Assembly (NCBI GenBank): GCA_041496385.1
Contig: JBGQEL010000001.1
Location: forward strand, 1 to 64,000
DNA: 64,000 bases
DNA from: Candidatus Methylomirabilia bacterium
Lineage (GTDB): Bacteria; Methylomirabilota; Methylomirabilia; Rokubacteriales; CSP1-6
Direction of reading: 5' to 3'
A program made the translations under genes and the position numbers. Under the pieces are notes generated by a model that ran no database searches, was not told the DNA's origin, and worked only from the letters and a program-made list of their open reading frames with translations. Positions 48,026 through 59,288 of this stretch are shown piece by piece. Every line of letters begins with the position of its first letter. Within the stretch, counting starts at the first letter, position 1.

Positions 48026-49237
48026 TCAGTCCGGGAGCGACGAAAGCAGATGCCCGAGCTTGTCGCGCTTCGTGCTCAGGTACTTCCGATTCGCCTCGGT
48101 CGCGGGGGCCTCGATCGGAACGCGCTCGGCGATGTGGAGCCCGTAGCCTTCGAGACCGACGATCTTCTTCGGGTTGTTGGTGAGCAGCCGAAGATTTCGA
48201 ACGCCGAGGTCCACGAGGATCTGGGCGCCAATGCCATAGTCGCGTAGATCGGCCTTGAACCCGAGCGCCTGGTTCGCCTCGACGGTGTCCTTGCCCTGGT
48301 CCTGGAGCTCGTACGCCCGCATCTTGTTCACGAGGCCGATCCCGCGCCCCTCCTGCCGCATGTAGACGAACACGCCCCGTCCCTCGGCCTGGATGATCGC
48401 CAGCGACTTCTCGAGCTGCTGCCCGCAGTCGCAGCGGCGCGACTGGAAGACGTCGCCGATGAGGCACTCGGAGTGGACGCGGACCAGGACCGGCTCGTCG
48501 CCCGCGACCTGGCCCATGACGAGCGCCACGGGCACGCGCGCGTCCACGGGCGTGTCGTACGCGATCGCGGTGAAGTCTCCGAAGTCGGTCGGCAGCTTGT
48601 GGGTCGCGATCCGGCGGACCAGCTTTTCCTTCACGATCCGGTACTCGATGAGGTCCTTGATCGTGATCATCTTGAGACCGTACGTCTGCGCGAGCTCCAC
48701 GAGATTCGGTACGCGTGCCATGCCCCCGTCCTCGTCGAGCACCTCGCAGATCACTGCCGCCGGGTAGCACCCGGCGAGGCGCGCCAGGTCGATCGCGGCC
48801 TCGGTGTGGCCCGCGCGCCGGAGCACCCCGCCAGGCATCGCCCGGAGCGGCAAGATGTGGCCCGGGCGGGTCAGGTCGTCGGCGTGCATCTGGGGATCGA
48901 CCAGCGTGCGGATCGTCACGGCGCGGTCGTAGGCCGACGTTCCCGTCGTGACGCCGCGTCGCGCGTCGACCGTCACCGTGAACGCGGTTCCCATGGGCGC
49001 GGTATTGTCCGAGACCATCATCGAGATCTTCAGCTCGTCGAGGCGCTCGCCCGTCAGCGGAACGCAGATCAGCCCCCGGCCGTACTTGGCCATGAAGTTG
49101 ACCGCCTCCGGAGTCACCTTGTCGGCCGCCATCACGAGATCACCTTCGTTCTCGCGATCCTCGTCGTCGACCACGAGCAGGAGGTGTCCCTGACGGATCT
49201 CCTCGATGGCCTCTTCGACTCTCGAAAACGCGGTCAT
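48026..49237 (-). CDS. ribBA: Bifunctional DHBP synthase/GTP cyclohydrolase II
   Basis: [47 protein letters not shown]. Confidence 0.97.
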   Translation of the reverse strand: MTAFSRVEEAIEEIRQGHLLLVVDDEDRENEGDLVMAADKVTPEAVNFMAKYGRGLICVPLTGERLDELKISMMVSDNTAPMGTAFTVTVDARRGVTTGTSAYDRAVTIRTLVDPQMHADDLTRPGHILPLRAMPGGVLRRAGHTEAAIDLARLAGCYPAAVICEVLDEDGGMARVPNLVELAQTYGLKMITIKDLIEYRIVKEKLVRRIATHKLPTDFGDFTAIAYDTPVDARVPVALVMGQVAGDEPVLVRVHSECLIGDVFQSRRCDCGQQLEKSLAIIQAEGRGVFVYMRQEGRGIGLVNKMRAYELQDQGKDTVEANQALGFKADLRDYGIGAQILVDLGVRNLRLLTNNPKKIVGLEGYGLHIAERVPIEAPATEANRKYLSTKRDKLGHLLSSLPD

Positions 49238-49836
49238 GTCGTCCCCCTGAGCGTCAGCGATCGCACCAGATACTTGCCAATCACGTCCGTCTCGACGTTC
49301 ACTGCCTGCCCGGGCGCGAGCCGCCCGAGCGCGGTCACCGCGAGCGTGTGAGGGATCAGCATCACCTCGAACCACCGCTCGCCCAGCGCCGCGATCGTCA
49401 GGCTCACACCGTCCACCGCCACCGATCCCTGCGGGATCAGGAGGGGCGCCAGCTCGGGGCCGGGCAGCGCGACGCGAACCCGTGTCGTCGATTCTACACG
49501 GGTTACCTCCTCCACGGTTCCCACACCGTCCACGTGGCCGAGGACCAGGTGTCCGCCCAGCGATCCGCCGAAACGGAGCGGCCGCTCGAGGTTGACCGGG
49601 TCGCCCGCCCGGAGTCCGCCCAGCGTCGTACGCGCGAGCGTCTCCGGCCCGAGCTCGAACACGAATCCGCGGGCGCGCCGCTCCACGATGGTCAGGCAGG
49701 CGCCGTTGACGGCGACGCTTCCGCCGACCGCCGTGTCCACGAGCGTCAGGGCGGCCGCGATCTCGAGACGTGCGACGGGCGCACCCCCGGCCAGCGCCGC
49801 GACCTTCCCCTGCTCCTCGACGATCCCCGTGAACAT
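49234..49836 (-). CDS. ribE: Riboflavin synthase (alpha chain)
   Basis: [33 protein letters not shown]. Confidence 0.96.
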   Translation of the reverse strand: MFTGIVEEQGKVAALAGGAPVARLEIAAALTLVDTAVGGSVAVNGACLTIVERRARGFVFELGPETLARTTLGGLRAGDPVNLERPLRFGGSLGGHLVLGHVDGVGTVEEVTRVESTTRVRVALPGPELAPLLIPQGSVAVDGVSLTIAALGERWFEVMLIPHTLAVTALGRLAPGQAVNVETDVIGKYLVRSLTLRGTT

Positions 49837-50954
49837 CAGCCGCCCGGAGCCTCGCGGAGCACGTCGGCCTCGACCAGCAGATCGTCGCCGAGCGGTGTGG
49901 CGGTGAGCGCGCCGAGCCGCAGCGCGGCCTTCAGCTCCCGCCCGACGCCCCCGGCGACCGTCGGCGCCGTCCGCCCGCCGATGAGGAGCGGCGCGATGAA
50001 CAGCGCCACGCGGTCCACGAGCCCGGCCTCGATGAACGCGGCGTGAACCTCCCCGCCGCCCTCGACGAGGAGACCTCGAATCTCGCGCGCGTGGAGCTCG
50101 GTCAGGAGCGCGACGAGGTCGACACGGCCGCCCCGCGACGGGCACCGCACCACCGTGGCTCCGGCCGCGGCGAGGCGCGCCGGCCGGTCGTCGGGTGTCT
50201 CCTCGCCGACCACGACGAGGGCACGCCGCGGATCGCCCGCCTGGATCAGGCGCGCCGCCGGCGGCGTGCGGGCCGTGGTGTCGAGCACGACGCGGTAGGG
50301 TTCGCGCGGCCAGGGCCTGTCGAGGCGCACCGTCAGCTGAGGATCGTCCCGGAGCACGGTGGTGATCCCCACGACGACCGCATCCGATTCGCTACGGAGT
50401 CGGTGCGCGCGTTCCCGTGCGGGCTCGCCGGTGATCCAGCGCGAGGCGCCGTGCACGTCAGCGATCTTTCCGTCGAGCGTCGCGGCCGCCTTGAGCGTCA
50501 CGTGAGGCCGGCGCTCGGTCATCGCGGTGAGGAACACGCGGTTCTGCCGCGCCGCGTCGGCGGCGAGCACCCCCTGGTGTACCGGGATCCCGGCCTCGCG
50601 CAGAAGGGCGAAGCCCCGGCCGGCGACGAGGGGGTTCGGATCTTCGATCGCGGCGACCACGCGTGCGATCCCCGCCTCGACGATGGCGGGCGCGCACGGC
50701 GGCGTGCGGCCCGTATGCGCGCAGGGCTCGAGCGTGACATAGAGCGTGGCGCCCCGCGCGCGCGTGCCCGCGGCCCTCAGCGCTTCGGCTTCGGCGTGGG
50801 GCGTGCCGGCACGGAGGTGCGCGCCCTCGGCGAGGATCTCGCCGGTCGGCCCCACGACGACCGCGCCCACCATCGGGTTCGGCGAGACGAGTCCGCGGCC
50901 GTGCTCGGCCAGCTCGAGCGCCCGCCGCATGAGGCGTTCCTCGTGGTCGGTCAT
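49836..50954 (-). CDS. ribD: Bifunctional riboflavin deaminase/reductase
   Basis: [34 protein letters not shown]. Confidence 0.97.
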   Translation of the reverse strand: MTDHEERLMRRALELAEHGRGLVSPNPMVGAVVVGPTGEILAEGAHLRAGTPHAEAEALRAAGTRARGATLYVTLEPCAHTGRTPPCAPAIVEAGIARVVAAIEDPNPLVAGRGFALLREAGIPVHQGVLAADAARQNRVFLTAMTERRPHVTLKAAATLDGKIADVHGASRWITGEPARERAHRLRSESDAVVVGITTVLRDDPQLTVRLDRPWPREPYRVVLDTTARTPPAARLIQAGDPRRALVVVGEETPDDRPARLAAAGATVVRCPSRGGRVDLVALLTELHAREIRGLLVEGGGEVHAAFIEAGLVDRVALFIAPLLIGGRTAPTVAGGVGRELKAALRLGALTATPLGDDLLVEADVLREAPGG

Positions 50955-51877
50955 TGCGCCGGGACCAGCGCGTCCACGAAGGCCTCCGGGACGAACGTTT
51001 GGAGGTCTTCGATACGTTCGCCCACGCCGATGAGCTTCACGGGGATCTTCAGCTCGCGGACGATCCGGACGACGATGCCCCCCTTCGCCGTGCCGTCGAG
51101 CTTCGTCAGGGCGACGCCCGTCAGTCCGATCGTCTCGTGGAACATGCGCGCCTGCGCGAAGCCGTTCTGGCCGGTCGGCGCGTCCAGCACCATCAACGAC
51201 TCGTGGGGCGCGCCGGGCAGCTGGCGCTCGATCACGCGCTTGAGCTTGGCCAGCTCGTCCATCAAGTTGGACTTCGTGTGGAGGCGGCCCGCGGTGTCCA
51301 CGACGAGCGCATCGACGCCGCGCGCCGCCGCCGCCTTCACCGCGTCGAAGACGACCGCCGCGGGATCGGAGCCCGCCGCTTGGTGGATCACCTCGACGCC
51401 GATGCGCTCGCCCCAGCGCTGGAGCTGCTCGATCGCCGCGGCGCGGAACGTGTCGGCGGCGGCGAGCAGGACCTCCTTGCCCGAACCCTTGAGCGCCGCG
51501 GCGAGCTTGGCCGCCGTCGTCGTCTTGCCCGAACCGTTGACGCCGAGCATGAGCACGACGGCCGGCCGGTGCGCGAGGTCGAGCGTCGGGGCCGCGCCCG
51601 CGATCGTGTCGAGCAGAAAGCGCCGGAAGAGGGGTCGCAGCTCGCCTCCGCGTGTCACCGTACCGAACATCACCTCCTCGCGCGCTCGGTTCGCGAAGTC
51701 GGCGGCGAGCGCGGCGCCGAGGTCGGCCGCAATCAGCAGCTCCTCCAGCTCCTCGTAGAGCGCCTCATCGATCGGCCGATCGGCCTCGAACACTTCGCCG
51801 AGACCGGTCGCCAGATACTCCTGCGAGCGGCGTAACCCCTCGCGGAGGCGCGCTCCCAGCCCGGCGAGGAAGCTCAC
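50951..51877 (-). CDS. ftsY: SRP receptor FtsY (NG domain only)
   Basis: GVNGSGKTTT, DTFRAAA, DTAGR, TKLDGTAKGG. Confidence 0.97.
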   Translation of the reverse strand: MSFLAGLGARLREGLRRSQEYLATGLGEVFEADRPIDEALYEELEELLIAADLGAALAADFANRAREEVMFGTVTRGGELRPLFRRFLLDTIAGAAPTLDLAHRPAVVLMLGVNGSGKTTTAAKLAAALKGSGKEVLLAAADTFRAAAIEQLQRWGERIGVEVIHQAAGSDPAAVVFDAVKAAAARGVDALVVDTAGRLHTKSNLMDELAKLKRVIERQLPGAPHESLMVLDAPTGQNGFAQARMFHETIGLTGVALTKLDGTAKGGIVVRIVRELKIPVKLIGVGERIEDLQTFVPEAFVDALVPAQ

Positions 51878-52755
51878 TGGGTTTCCGGGGGGAGAACGAG
51901 GCGCGGGATCACCGTGCCGCTGGGCCCCAGCGCCGCGACACGCCGCCCGTTCAGCTCGAACGCGACGCCGCCGGCGTTACCGATGGACAGGACGAACGGC
52001 CGGTTGGAAACCCACTCCCGCGTCTCACCCGCAGGAATGTTCTCCTCGCTCGTGCGCCCATCGTCGGTGCGCACGCGGATCCACGTCTTCTCCGAGGTGC
52101 GCGCGACCAGGCGGTACGGTGCCGTGACACCCGAGATGAGGGGCGGTGTCACCGGACCAGTCGCCGTGGGCGGCGCCGCGACGGGTACGGGGACCTCGGC
52201 CGCCGCGACCGGCCGCGGGGCCTCGATGCTCGGCGACGGGGCGGGCGCGACCGCGATTGCGGCCGGCGGCGGGACCGGCTCCGGCTTGGGGTCGGATGCG
52301 GTAGCGGCCGCGCGACCCTCGAGCGGGGTCTCCCGCGCGGGCTGCAGCCAGAGCGTCACACCGAACAAGGCCACTCCGAGAATCACGAGCATCACGAACC
52401 CAGCGAGGACCGCGCCGCGGCTCCCCTTCTCCGTCTCCTGCCGGCGCTTCGACGTCTGGGTCGGGGCCGCCCTCGTGACCGGGCGCGGGGCCGCAGTGGT
52501 GGGTTTGATGACGTCAACGACTGTACGGTCCCGCCCTTCGTAGAGCGCGACCGCGTCGTGCGGCAAGATGCCCAGCGCCTGGCAGTAGGCGCGAATGAAC
52601 CCTTTCGTGAAGACAGGGGCCGGAAGCGCCTCGAACGCGTCCGACTCGAGCGCTTCCAGGTATTGCGTCAAGACCCGGGTGGCGCGGGAGATCTCCTCCA
52701 GGGAGACCCCTCGCTGCGTTCGGAGATCGCGGAGATAAGAGCCGACGGACGACAT
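51874..52755 (-). CDS. RodZ-like membrane protein (N-terminal HTH, one TM helix, C-terminal DUF4115-like domain)
   Basis: VGSYLRDLR..SLEEISRATRV, KGFIRAY, TM helix, Pro-rich linker, TWIRVRTD, IGNAGGV. Confidence 0.85.
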   Translation of the reverse strand: MSSVGSYLRDLRTQRGVSLEEISRATRVLTQYLEALESDAFEALPAPVFTKGFIRAYCQALGILPHDAVALYEGRDRTVVDVIKPTTAAPRPVTRAAPTQTSKRRQETEKGSRGAVLAGFVMLVILGVALFGVTLWLQPARETPLEGRAAATASDPKPEPVPPPAAIAVAPAPSPSIEAPRPVAAAEVPVPVAAPPTATGPVTPPLISGVTAPYRLVARTSEKTWIRVRTDDGRTSEENIPAGETREWVSNRPFVLSIGNAGGVAFELNGRRVAALGPSGTVIPRLVLPPETQ

Positions 52756-52771
52756 AGGCCTACCGTCGTCG

Positions 52772-52777
52772 AGTTTA
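52772..52777 (-). promoter_or_regulatory. Putative -10 box (TAAACT) upstream of the RodZ-like gene
   Basis: Hexamer 16 nt before ATG in the smc-rodZ gap. Confidence 0.35.
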
Positions 52778-52804
52778 GCCTATTTCGCCAGCTTCTTCAT
52801 CGAC

Positions 52805-55800
52805 TTACTGGGCGTTCAGGTTGACCGAAACGAGCTTGGAGAGACCCGGCTCCTCCATGGTGACTCCATATAGCGCATCGGCGGCCTCCATGGTCTTCCG
52901 GTTGTGGGTGATGACGAGGAACTGCGTCTGGCTCGTCAGCTCGCGCAGCACCCGAAGGAAGCGATGGATGTTGGCGTCGTCGAGCGGTGCGTCCACCTCG
53001 TCCAGCACGCAGAAGGGGCTCGGCCGGAAGTAGAAGATCGCGAAAAGAAGGGCCAGGCCGGTGAGGGCCCGTTCTCCACCCGAGAGCAGCGTCACGGACT
53101 GGAGCCGCTTGCCCCGGGGCTCCGCCATCAACTCGACCCCTGTGTCGAGCGGGTCGCCGCCCTCTTCGGCTTCTACCAGCCTGAGCTCGGCACGCCCGCC
53201 CTCGAACAGTCGGGCGAAGATCCCCTGGAAGTGCCGGTTGATCTCCTCGAAGGCCTGCGCGAAGCGATCCTGCGCGCTCCGGGTCATCCCGCGCAACGCC
53301 TTGTCGAGGTCTTTGATGGATCCAATGAGATCGTCGTGCTGCGTGCGGAGGAAGGTCAGCCGCTCGTCGAGCTCGCGATACTCGTCGTCGGCGACGAGGT
53401 TCACGGGGCCGATCGCCAGCAGCTTTTCGTCGAGATCGGTCACGCGCTCGCGGACCCCCGCGAGATCGCGCGAGGGATCGTGGCCGGCCCGCAGCTGCGC
53501 CTCGTCCACGCCGTACACGCGCCATGCCTCCTGCCCGAGCTCCTCGCGCCGCACGCGACACTCGGTGGCGGCGAGATCGTGCTCGTGGATCCGCGCGATG
53601 AGCCGGCCGGCCTCGGTCGCCACGGCGTGCGCCTCGGTCTCGACGCCGCGCAGCTCGGCGGCGAGAAGCGCGTGCTGCTCCGAGGCCAGACGCGTCTCGC
53701 CCTCGAGGCGATCACGCTCCACCGCAACCTCGCGCGCGTTCGCGTCGGTGCGTTCGCGCTCCTCGGTAAGCCAGGTCCGCCGGTCACGCAGCTGGGTCTG
53801 GCGCTGGCCGGCCTGCGCGATCCGCTCGACCAGGTCGCGCTCCATGTCACCGAGATGCTGGAGCTCACGGCCCAGGGCCTCCACGCGCTCGCCCGCCGCG
53901 GCCAGCTCCACCCGGCACCCGGTCAGGTCGCCGCCGACGTCGGCCTCCTGCGCCTGGGCGACCTCGATCGACTCGCGGACGCGGGCCATGGTGGCCTCGT
54001 GGGCCGACTCGGTCTCCCGCGCGAGGACGACCCGCTGCTCGAGCTCGCCCAGCGTCCGCGCAGTGTGGTCCGTCTCGAGCATCACCTGGCGCGATTCGGC
54101 GCGCACCGTCTCGAGGTGGCGATGGACCCGCTCGTGATCACGCGTCGCCTGCTCGAGATCCTTCTCGCTCGCCAGCCGGTCCGCCTGGCGGCTGCTGACG
54201 GCCGAGTCGAGACGTGCGAGCCGCTCCCGTGCCGTGGTCAGCTCGGCGGCCAGGGTGGCGACCGTCACCTGCCCCTGCTCGACGAAGACCACGAGGCGCC
54301 GCACCTCCTCCTCGAGCTCCCTGAGCTGGCGCTTGCGCGCCAGGAGCGAATGCGAAAGCTCGGACGCCGGGGCCTCGCCGCCGCCATGCAGCCGTCCCGT
54401 GGGACCGAGGACCTCGCCCGACGGCGTCACGTAGGTGGCGACCAGCCCGTTGCGCCGCCACAGCGCCTCCGCCTGGTCCAGATGCTCGACGAGCGCGACC
54501 TGACCGAACAGGTGGTGCACCAGACTCGGGTTGCGGGCCGCGACGCTCCGCGCCAGCCAGCGTACGCCGCCGTCGTCGGGAGACGTCGCGGGCGGGGTCG
54601 GCAGATGCTCGAGCGGCAGGAACGTCGCGGCGCCCAGCAAGTGCTCGCCCAGATACGCGACCGCCGCGCGCGCGTCGGCGAAGCGCTCGACCACGACCCA
54701 TTGCAGCCGCTCACCGAGGACCGCCTCGATCGCGCGCTCCATTCCGGCGGGAACCTCGAGGAGGTCGGCAACCGTGCCGACCACACCCGTGAGGCCGGCC
54801 GGACCCCCCTGGCCGAACACCGCCCGCACCCCCGCACCGTATCCCTCGCGCTGGCGCTCGAGCTCGGCCAGGGCTTCGAAGCTCGACCGCCGCGCGGCCA
54901 GCGTGAGCCGCGCGTCCGCGAGCTGGCTCTCGGCCTCGGCGAGCCGCCGCTCCACGTCCGCCAGGAGTGCACCGAGCCGCAGGCGCTCGCCCTCCAGCGC
55001 TCCCAGCTCCGTTCTGGCCGCGTCGCGCGCCTCGGTGAAGCGACCGCGCTCGAGCTCGAGCCTCGCGGCCTCCGCCTCGGCCGCCGCGAGCTCCTGCGCG
55101 AGGCGCTCGCCGCGCCGCCGGAGCTGGGCTTCGCGCTCGCGCAGCTCACCCGCCTCCCGCATGAGGTCCACACGCTCGGAGGCTCGCCGGGCCTGCTCGA
55201 GCCTCAACGCCTCCGCGCGGTCGCGGTCGCCGGCGAGCGCTGCGCGGTGGCGCTCGAGACGCGCGGCGAGCTCGTCCGCCACCCTCCCCCGCTCTTCCGC
55301 CTGACGCATCGCCTCCGCCAGGGCCGCGTCGCCCGCGGCGCGGTCGGCGAGCACGGTCTGGCGCCGCTCGGCCGCGACGCGCAGCTCCTCGTCGATGCGC
55401 ACCGCCTCCTCCGCCAGCTCGCGGAGCTGCACACCCATCTGTTCGCGCCGCTCCAGGAGCCGTTCGAGCTCGCCCTGGACCTTCTGGACGGCCTGGCGCA
55501 GATCCGACAAACGGTGATCACTCGCCTGCAACAGCTCCTGCTGCCGCGCCGCCCGCGCCGCGAGGCCCGCGCCGCGGGTCCGCAGCGCCTGCTCCTCGTC
55601 GCGCAGACGCGCGATCTCAGCGCCGAGGCGCTCGCCCTCGACGACGCGCGCGATCCAGTCGGCGGTGGCGAGCGCGAGCGCCAGATCGCGCTTCTCGGTC
55701 TGGAGCGCCTTGTACTGCTGCGCCTTCCTCGCCTGGCGCTCGAGCGAGGTGAGCTGCCGCTTCACCTCGTCCATGACGTCGCGCACCCGGACGAGGTTCT

Positions 55801-56353
55801 GGCGGGCGGCGTCGAGCTTGCCCTGCGTCTCGGTGCGCTGCTGCTTGTAGCGCGCGATGCCCGCCGCCTCTTCGATGAAGACGCGACGCTCATGCGGCTT
55901 CGCGGTGAGCACGTGGTTCAGCTTGTCCTGGTCCATGACCGAGTAGGCGCGCGGGTTCGCGCCCGTGCCGGCGAAGAGATCGAGGATGTCCCGGAGCCGC
56001 GAGAGATTCCGGTTGAGGAAGTACTCGCTCTCGCCCGTCCGGTAGAGCCGGCGGCTCACGGCCACCTCGGTCCACGGGACGTCGAGGACGCCGTCGTTCG
56101 AGAACGTGAGCTCGACCTCGGCCAGTCCCACCGGCTTGCGCGACGCCGACCCGTGGAAGATCAGGTCTTCCATCCGATGGCCGCGCAGCGACTTCGCGCT
56201 CTGCTCGCCGAGCGCCCAGCGGACCGCCTCGGAGATGTTGCTCTTGCCGCAGCCGTTCGGACCGACGATACCCGTGATGCCTGGCAGGACCCTGACGACG
56301 GTCTTCTCGCTGAACGACTTGAAGCCGTGCAGGCCGATGGATTCCAGACGCAT
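52805..56353 (-). CDS. smc: Chromosome partition protein Smc
   Basis: ATG 56353; GFKSF, GPNGCGKSN, hinge GVVGTVADLL, LSGGE, LDEVDAPLD. Confidence 0.97.
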   Translation of the reverse strand: MRLESIGLHGFKSFSEKTVVRVLPGITGIVGPNGCGKSNISEAVRWALGEQSAKSLRGHRMEDLIFHGSASRKPVGLAEVELTFSNDGVLDVPWTEVAVSRRLYRTGESEYFLNRNLSRLRDILDLFAGTGANPRAYSVMDQDKLNHVLTAKPHERRVFIEEAAGIARYKQQRTETQGKLDAARQNLVRVRDVMDEVKRQLTSLERQARKAQQYKALQTEKRDLALALATADWIARVVEGERLGAEIARLRDEEQALRTRGAGLAARAARQQELLQASDHRLSDLRQAVQKVQGELERLLERREQMGVQLRELAEEAVRIDEELRVAAERRQTVLADRAAGDAALAEAMRQAEERGRVADELAARLERHRAALAGDRDRAEALRLEQARRASERVDLMREAGELREREAQLRRRGERLAQELAAAEAEAARLELERGRFTEARDAARTELGALEGERLRLGALLADVERRLAEAESQLADARLTLAARRSSFEALAELERQREGYGAGVRAVFGQGGPAGLTGVVGTVADLLEVPAGMERAIEAVLGERLQWVVVERFADARAAVAYLGEHLLGAATFLPLEHLPTPPATSPDDGGVRWLARSVAARNPSLVHHLFGQVALVEHLDQAEALWRRNGLVATYVTPSGEVLGPTGRLHGGGEAPASELSHSLLARKRQLRELEEEVRRLVVFVEQGQVTVATLAAELTTARERLARLDSAVSSRQADRLASEKDLEQATRDHERVHRHLETVRAESRQVMLETDHTARTLGELEQRVVLARETESAHEATMARVRESIEVAQAQEADVGGDLTGCRVELAAAGERVEALGRELQHLGDMERDLVERIAQAGQRQTQLRDRRTWLTEERERTDANAREVAVERDRLEGETRLASEQHALLAAELRGVETEAHAVATEAGRLIARIHEHDLAATECRVRREELGQEAWRVYGVDEAQLRAGHDPSRDLAGVRERVTDLDEKLLAIGPVNLVADDEYRELDERLTFLRTQHDDLIGSIKDLDKALRGMTRSAQDRFAQAFEEINRHFQGIFARLFEGGRAELRLVEAEEGGDPLDTGVELMAEPRGKRLQSVTLLSGGERALTGLALLFAIFYFRPSPFCVLDEVDAPLDDANIHRFLRVLRELTSQTQFLVITHNRKTMEAADALYGVTMEEPGLSKLVSVNLNAQ

Positions 56354-56461
56354 AGGTTTTTCTAGCACGGACGCGGGCGTGCGGCCAAAGGAAATGTACC
56401 AGCCGTGGGGTGAAGAGCCAGGGGCCGCCCCTAGATATCGAGCCTCAGCGAGGGGGGCGCG

Positions 56462-59248
56462 TCAGCCCTTCAAGTAACAGCACTTCTTGTACTTCTTTCC
56501 CGAGCCACAGGGGCACGGATCGTTGCGACCGACCTTCTCCCCGGCGGGGGTGCGTGCCGGAACCTGTGGCCGGGCCGCCGCGGCGCCCGTGACGCCTGGC
56601 TCCTGCGGGAGCGCGCCCCGCGACTCCCGGGCGTCGGCCCACGCCGTCATCGCCGGCAGCTCCATGGGAGCGTCGCGGACGATCTGAACCTTGAAGAGGC
56701 GCTCCACCACCGCGCCCTTCACCCGCTCGACCATGTCCTGGAAGAGGTCGAACGCTTCCTTCTTGTACTCCGTGAGCGGATCACGCTGCCCGTAGCCGCG
56801 GAGGCCGATGCCTTCTTTCAGGTGATCGATCGACAGCAGGTGGTCCTTCCATTGCTGGTCGATGACGATCAGCATCTCGTGGCGCTCGAGCGCGCGGATC
56901 AGGTCCGTGCCGAGCTCGCGCTCGCGCTCGGCGTAGCGTTCTCGGACCGCGGCGCCGACCAGCTCGCCGAGCCCCTCGCGCGAGGCGACCTCGGCGTAGC
57001 GCGCCGGTGCGATCCGGACGTCGAACTGGCGGTACAGGGCCTCGCCGAGCGCGCCGAGGTCCCAGTCCTCCGGATGCGCATCCTGCGCCGCGTACGCGTC
57101 GAGCGTCGCCACGATGACGTCGTCCAGCCACTCGTCGATCGTATCCGCCTGGCTCTCCCCGTCCAGGATCTGGCGCCGCATCCCGTAGATGATCTCGCGC
57201 TGCTTGTTCATCACGTCGTCGTACTCGAGGAGGTGCTTGCGGATCTCGTAGTTGTGGGTCTCCACCCGCTTCTGCGCCGTCGCGATCGCGCGCGTCACGA
57301 GCTTGTGCTCGATCGGCTCGCCCTCCTCCATCCCCAGGCGCTCCATGATCGCCTGGATCCGCTGTGAGCCGAAGATGCGGAGCAGGTCGTCCTCGAGCGA
57401 GAGGTAGAAGCGCGACGAGCCCGGGTCTCCCTGGCGGCCGGAGCGCCCGCGGAGCTGATTGTCCACGCGCCGCGCCTCGTGGCGCTCGGTGCCGACGATG
57501 TGGAGGCCGCCGAGCCCGACGACACGTCCATGCTCTGGCTCGGTGGTGCGCCGTGCTTCCTCGAACGCCGCCTCACGGTCCGCGGCCGACGCCGTCGCCG
57601 GGTCGAGCCCGCGCTTCCGGAGGACCTCCTTGGCCAGAAAATCGGGGTTACCGCCGAGCAGGATGTCGGTGCCGCGGCCCGCCATGTTCGTCGCGATCGT
57701 CACGGAGCCTTCGCGGCCGGCCTGGGCGACGATCTCGGCCTCGCGCTCGTGATACTTGGCGTTGAGCACCTCGTGGCGCACGCCGCGCTTCTTGAGCAGT
57801 TTCGAGAGCTGCTCCGACTTCTCGATCGAGACCGTGCCGACGAGCACGGGCTGGCCCTGCGCGTTCCGGACGACGATGTCCTCGACGACGGCGTTGAATT
57901 TCTCGCGCTCCGTCTTGTAGACGACGTCCGGCTGATTGACGCGGATGAGCGCACGGTTCGTCGGGATGACCGTCACGTCGAGCTTGTAGATCTTTCCGAA
58001 CTCCTCGGCCTCCGTCTCGGCGGTGCCCGTCATGCCCGCGAGTTTCTCGTACATCCGGAAGTAGTTCTGGAAGGTGATCGTCGCGAGCGTCTGGTTCTCG
58101 CGCTCGATCTTCACCCCTTCCTTCGCCTCCACCGCCTGGTGGAGCCCGTCGGACCAGCGGCGACCCGGCATGAGACGTCCGGTGAACTCGTCGACGATGA
58201 CCACCTGCCCGTCCTTCACCATGTAGTCGACGTCGCGCCGAAACAGCGAGTGGGCCCGCAGCGCCTGCTGGATGTGGTGGAGGGCGGTGATGTGCTGGGG
58301 GTCGTAGAGGTTGTCGATGTTGAGGAGCCGCTCGCAGGTGGCGACGCCCTGTTCGGTCAGCGCCACGGCCCGGGCTTTCTCGTCCACGATGAAGTCGCCC
58401 GCCTTCTGCTCCTCGATCTCCGACAGCTTGCCCTCGACGATCGTCGCCGCCCGCTTGAGCTTGGGAATGATGCGGTCGAGCTTGTAGTAGAGGTCGGTGG
58501 ATTCGTCGGCCGGCCCGGAAATGATCAGCGGGGTTCTGGCTTCGTCGACCAGGATCGAGTCCACCTCGTCCACGATCGCGTAGTGGAGCTCGCGCTGGAC
58601 GAGCTCGTCGAGCGCAAAGCGCATGTTGTCGCGCAGGTAGTCGAATCCGAACTCGTTGTTCGTGCCGTACGTGATGTCGGCGCGGTAGGCCTCCTGCCGG
58701 GAACACGGGCGGAGCGAGGTCAGCCGGATGTCGGAGGTGACGTAGCCCGGATCGTACAAGAACGACGCCTCGTGCTGGATCACGCCGACGGAGAGACCGA
58801 GCGCGTGGAAGATGGGGCCCATCCACTGCGCGTCCCTCTTCGCGAGGTAGTCGTTGACCGTGACGATGTGCACGCCCCGGCCCGTGAGCCCGTTGAGATA
58901 CGCGGGCAGCGTCGCGACGAGCGTCTTCCCCTCGCCCGTCGCCATCTCCGCGATCTTGCCCTGGTGGAGCACCATGCCGCCGATGAGCTGGACGTCGAAG
59001 TGACGCATCCGCACGGTCCGCCGCGCGGCCTCGCGACACACGGCGAACGCCTCGGGCAGCAGCTCGTCCACGGACGCGCCGCCCGTGCTCCGCCCCCGGA
59101 ACTCGTCGGACTTCGCCCGGAGCCCCGCGGCGTCGAGCGCCTGCATCGCTGGCTCGAGCGCGTTGGTCGCCTGGACGACCGGCAGCATCCGCTTGACGTC
59201 GCGCTCGTGCTTCGTCCCGAAGATCTTCCGAAGCAGCGCGTCGATCAT
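56462..59248 (-). CDS. secA: Preprotein translocase ATPase SecA
   Basis: [42 protein letters not shown] motif [13 protein letters not shown]. Confidence 0.98.
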   Translation of the reverse strand: MIDALLRKIFGTKHERDVKRMLPVVQATNALEPAMQALDAAGLRAKSDEFRGRSTGGASVDELLPEAFAVCREAARRTVRMRHFDVQLIGGMVLHQGKIAEMATGEGKTLVATLPAYLNGLTGRGVHIVTVNDYLAKRDAQWMGPIFHALGLSVGVIQHEASFLYDPGYVTSDIRLTSLRPCSRQEAYRADITYGTNNEFGFDYLRDNMRFALDELVQRELHYAIVDEVDSILVDEARTPLIISGPADESTDLYYKLDRIIPKLKRAATIVEGKLSEIEEQKAGDFIVDEKARAVALTEQGVATCERLLNIDNLYDPQHITALHHIQQALRAHSLFRRDVDYMVKDGQVVIVDEFTGRLMPGRRWSDGLHQAVEAKEGVKIERENQTLATITFQNYFRMYEKLAGMTGTAETEAEEFGKIYKLDVTVIPTNRALIRVNQPDVVYKTEREKFNAVVEDIVVRNAQGQPVLVGTVSIEKSEQLSKLLKKRGVRHEVLNAKYHEREAEIVAQAGREGSVTIATNMAGRGTDILLGGNPDFLAKEVLRKRGLDPATASAADREAAFEEARRTTEPEHGRVVGLGGLHIVGTERHEARRVDNQLRGRSGRQGDPGSSRFYLSLEDDLLRIFGSQRIQAIMERLGMEEGEPIEHKLVTRAIATAQKRVETHNYEIRKHLLEYDDVMNKQREIIYGMRRQILDGESQADTIDEWLDDVIVATLDAYAAQDAHPEDWDLGALGEALYRQFDVRIAPARYAEVASREGLGELVGAAVRERYAERERELGTDLIRALERHEMLIVIDQQWKDHLLSIDHLKEGIGLRGYGQRDPLTEYKKEAFDLFQDMVERVKGAVVERLFKVQIVRDAPMELPAMTAWADARESRGALPQEPGVTGAAAARPQVPARTPAGEKVGRNDPCPCGSGKKYKKCCYLKG

Positions 59249-59256
59249 GTCGATTG

Positions 59257-59267
59257 ATTATGGCACA
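59257..59267 (-). promoter_or_regulatory. Extended -10 promoter of secA (near-leaderless)
   Basis: Minus strand TGTGcCATAAT-N8-ATG, no SD. Confidence 0.55.
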
Positions 59268-59288
59268 CGGGGCGATGGCCCGGCGATT

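Noticed and set aside
52904..56365. Long plus-strand ORFs (e.g. 1153 aa here; also 2632..5214, 35387..37660, 57479..59257)
   Set aside because: They are antisense shadows of real minus-strand genes caused by GC3 bias, with no recognisable motifs.
56415..56460. Small hairpins in the secA-smc gap (AGGGG-CCG-CCCCT; CCTC-AGC-GAGG)
   Set aside because: They are short GC stems expected by chance and have no U-tract.
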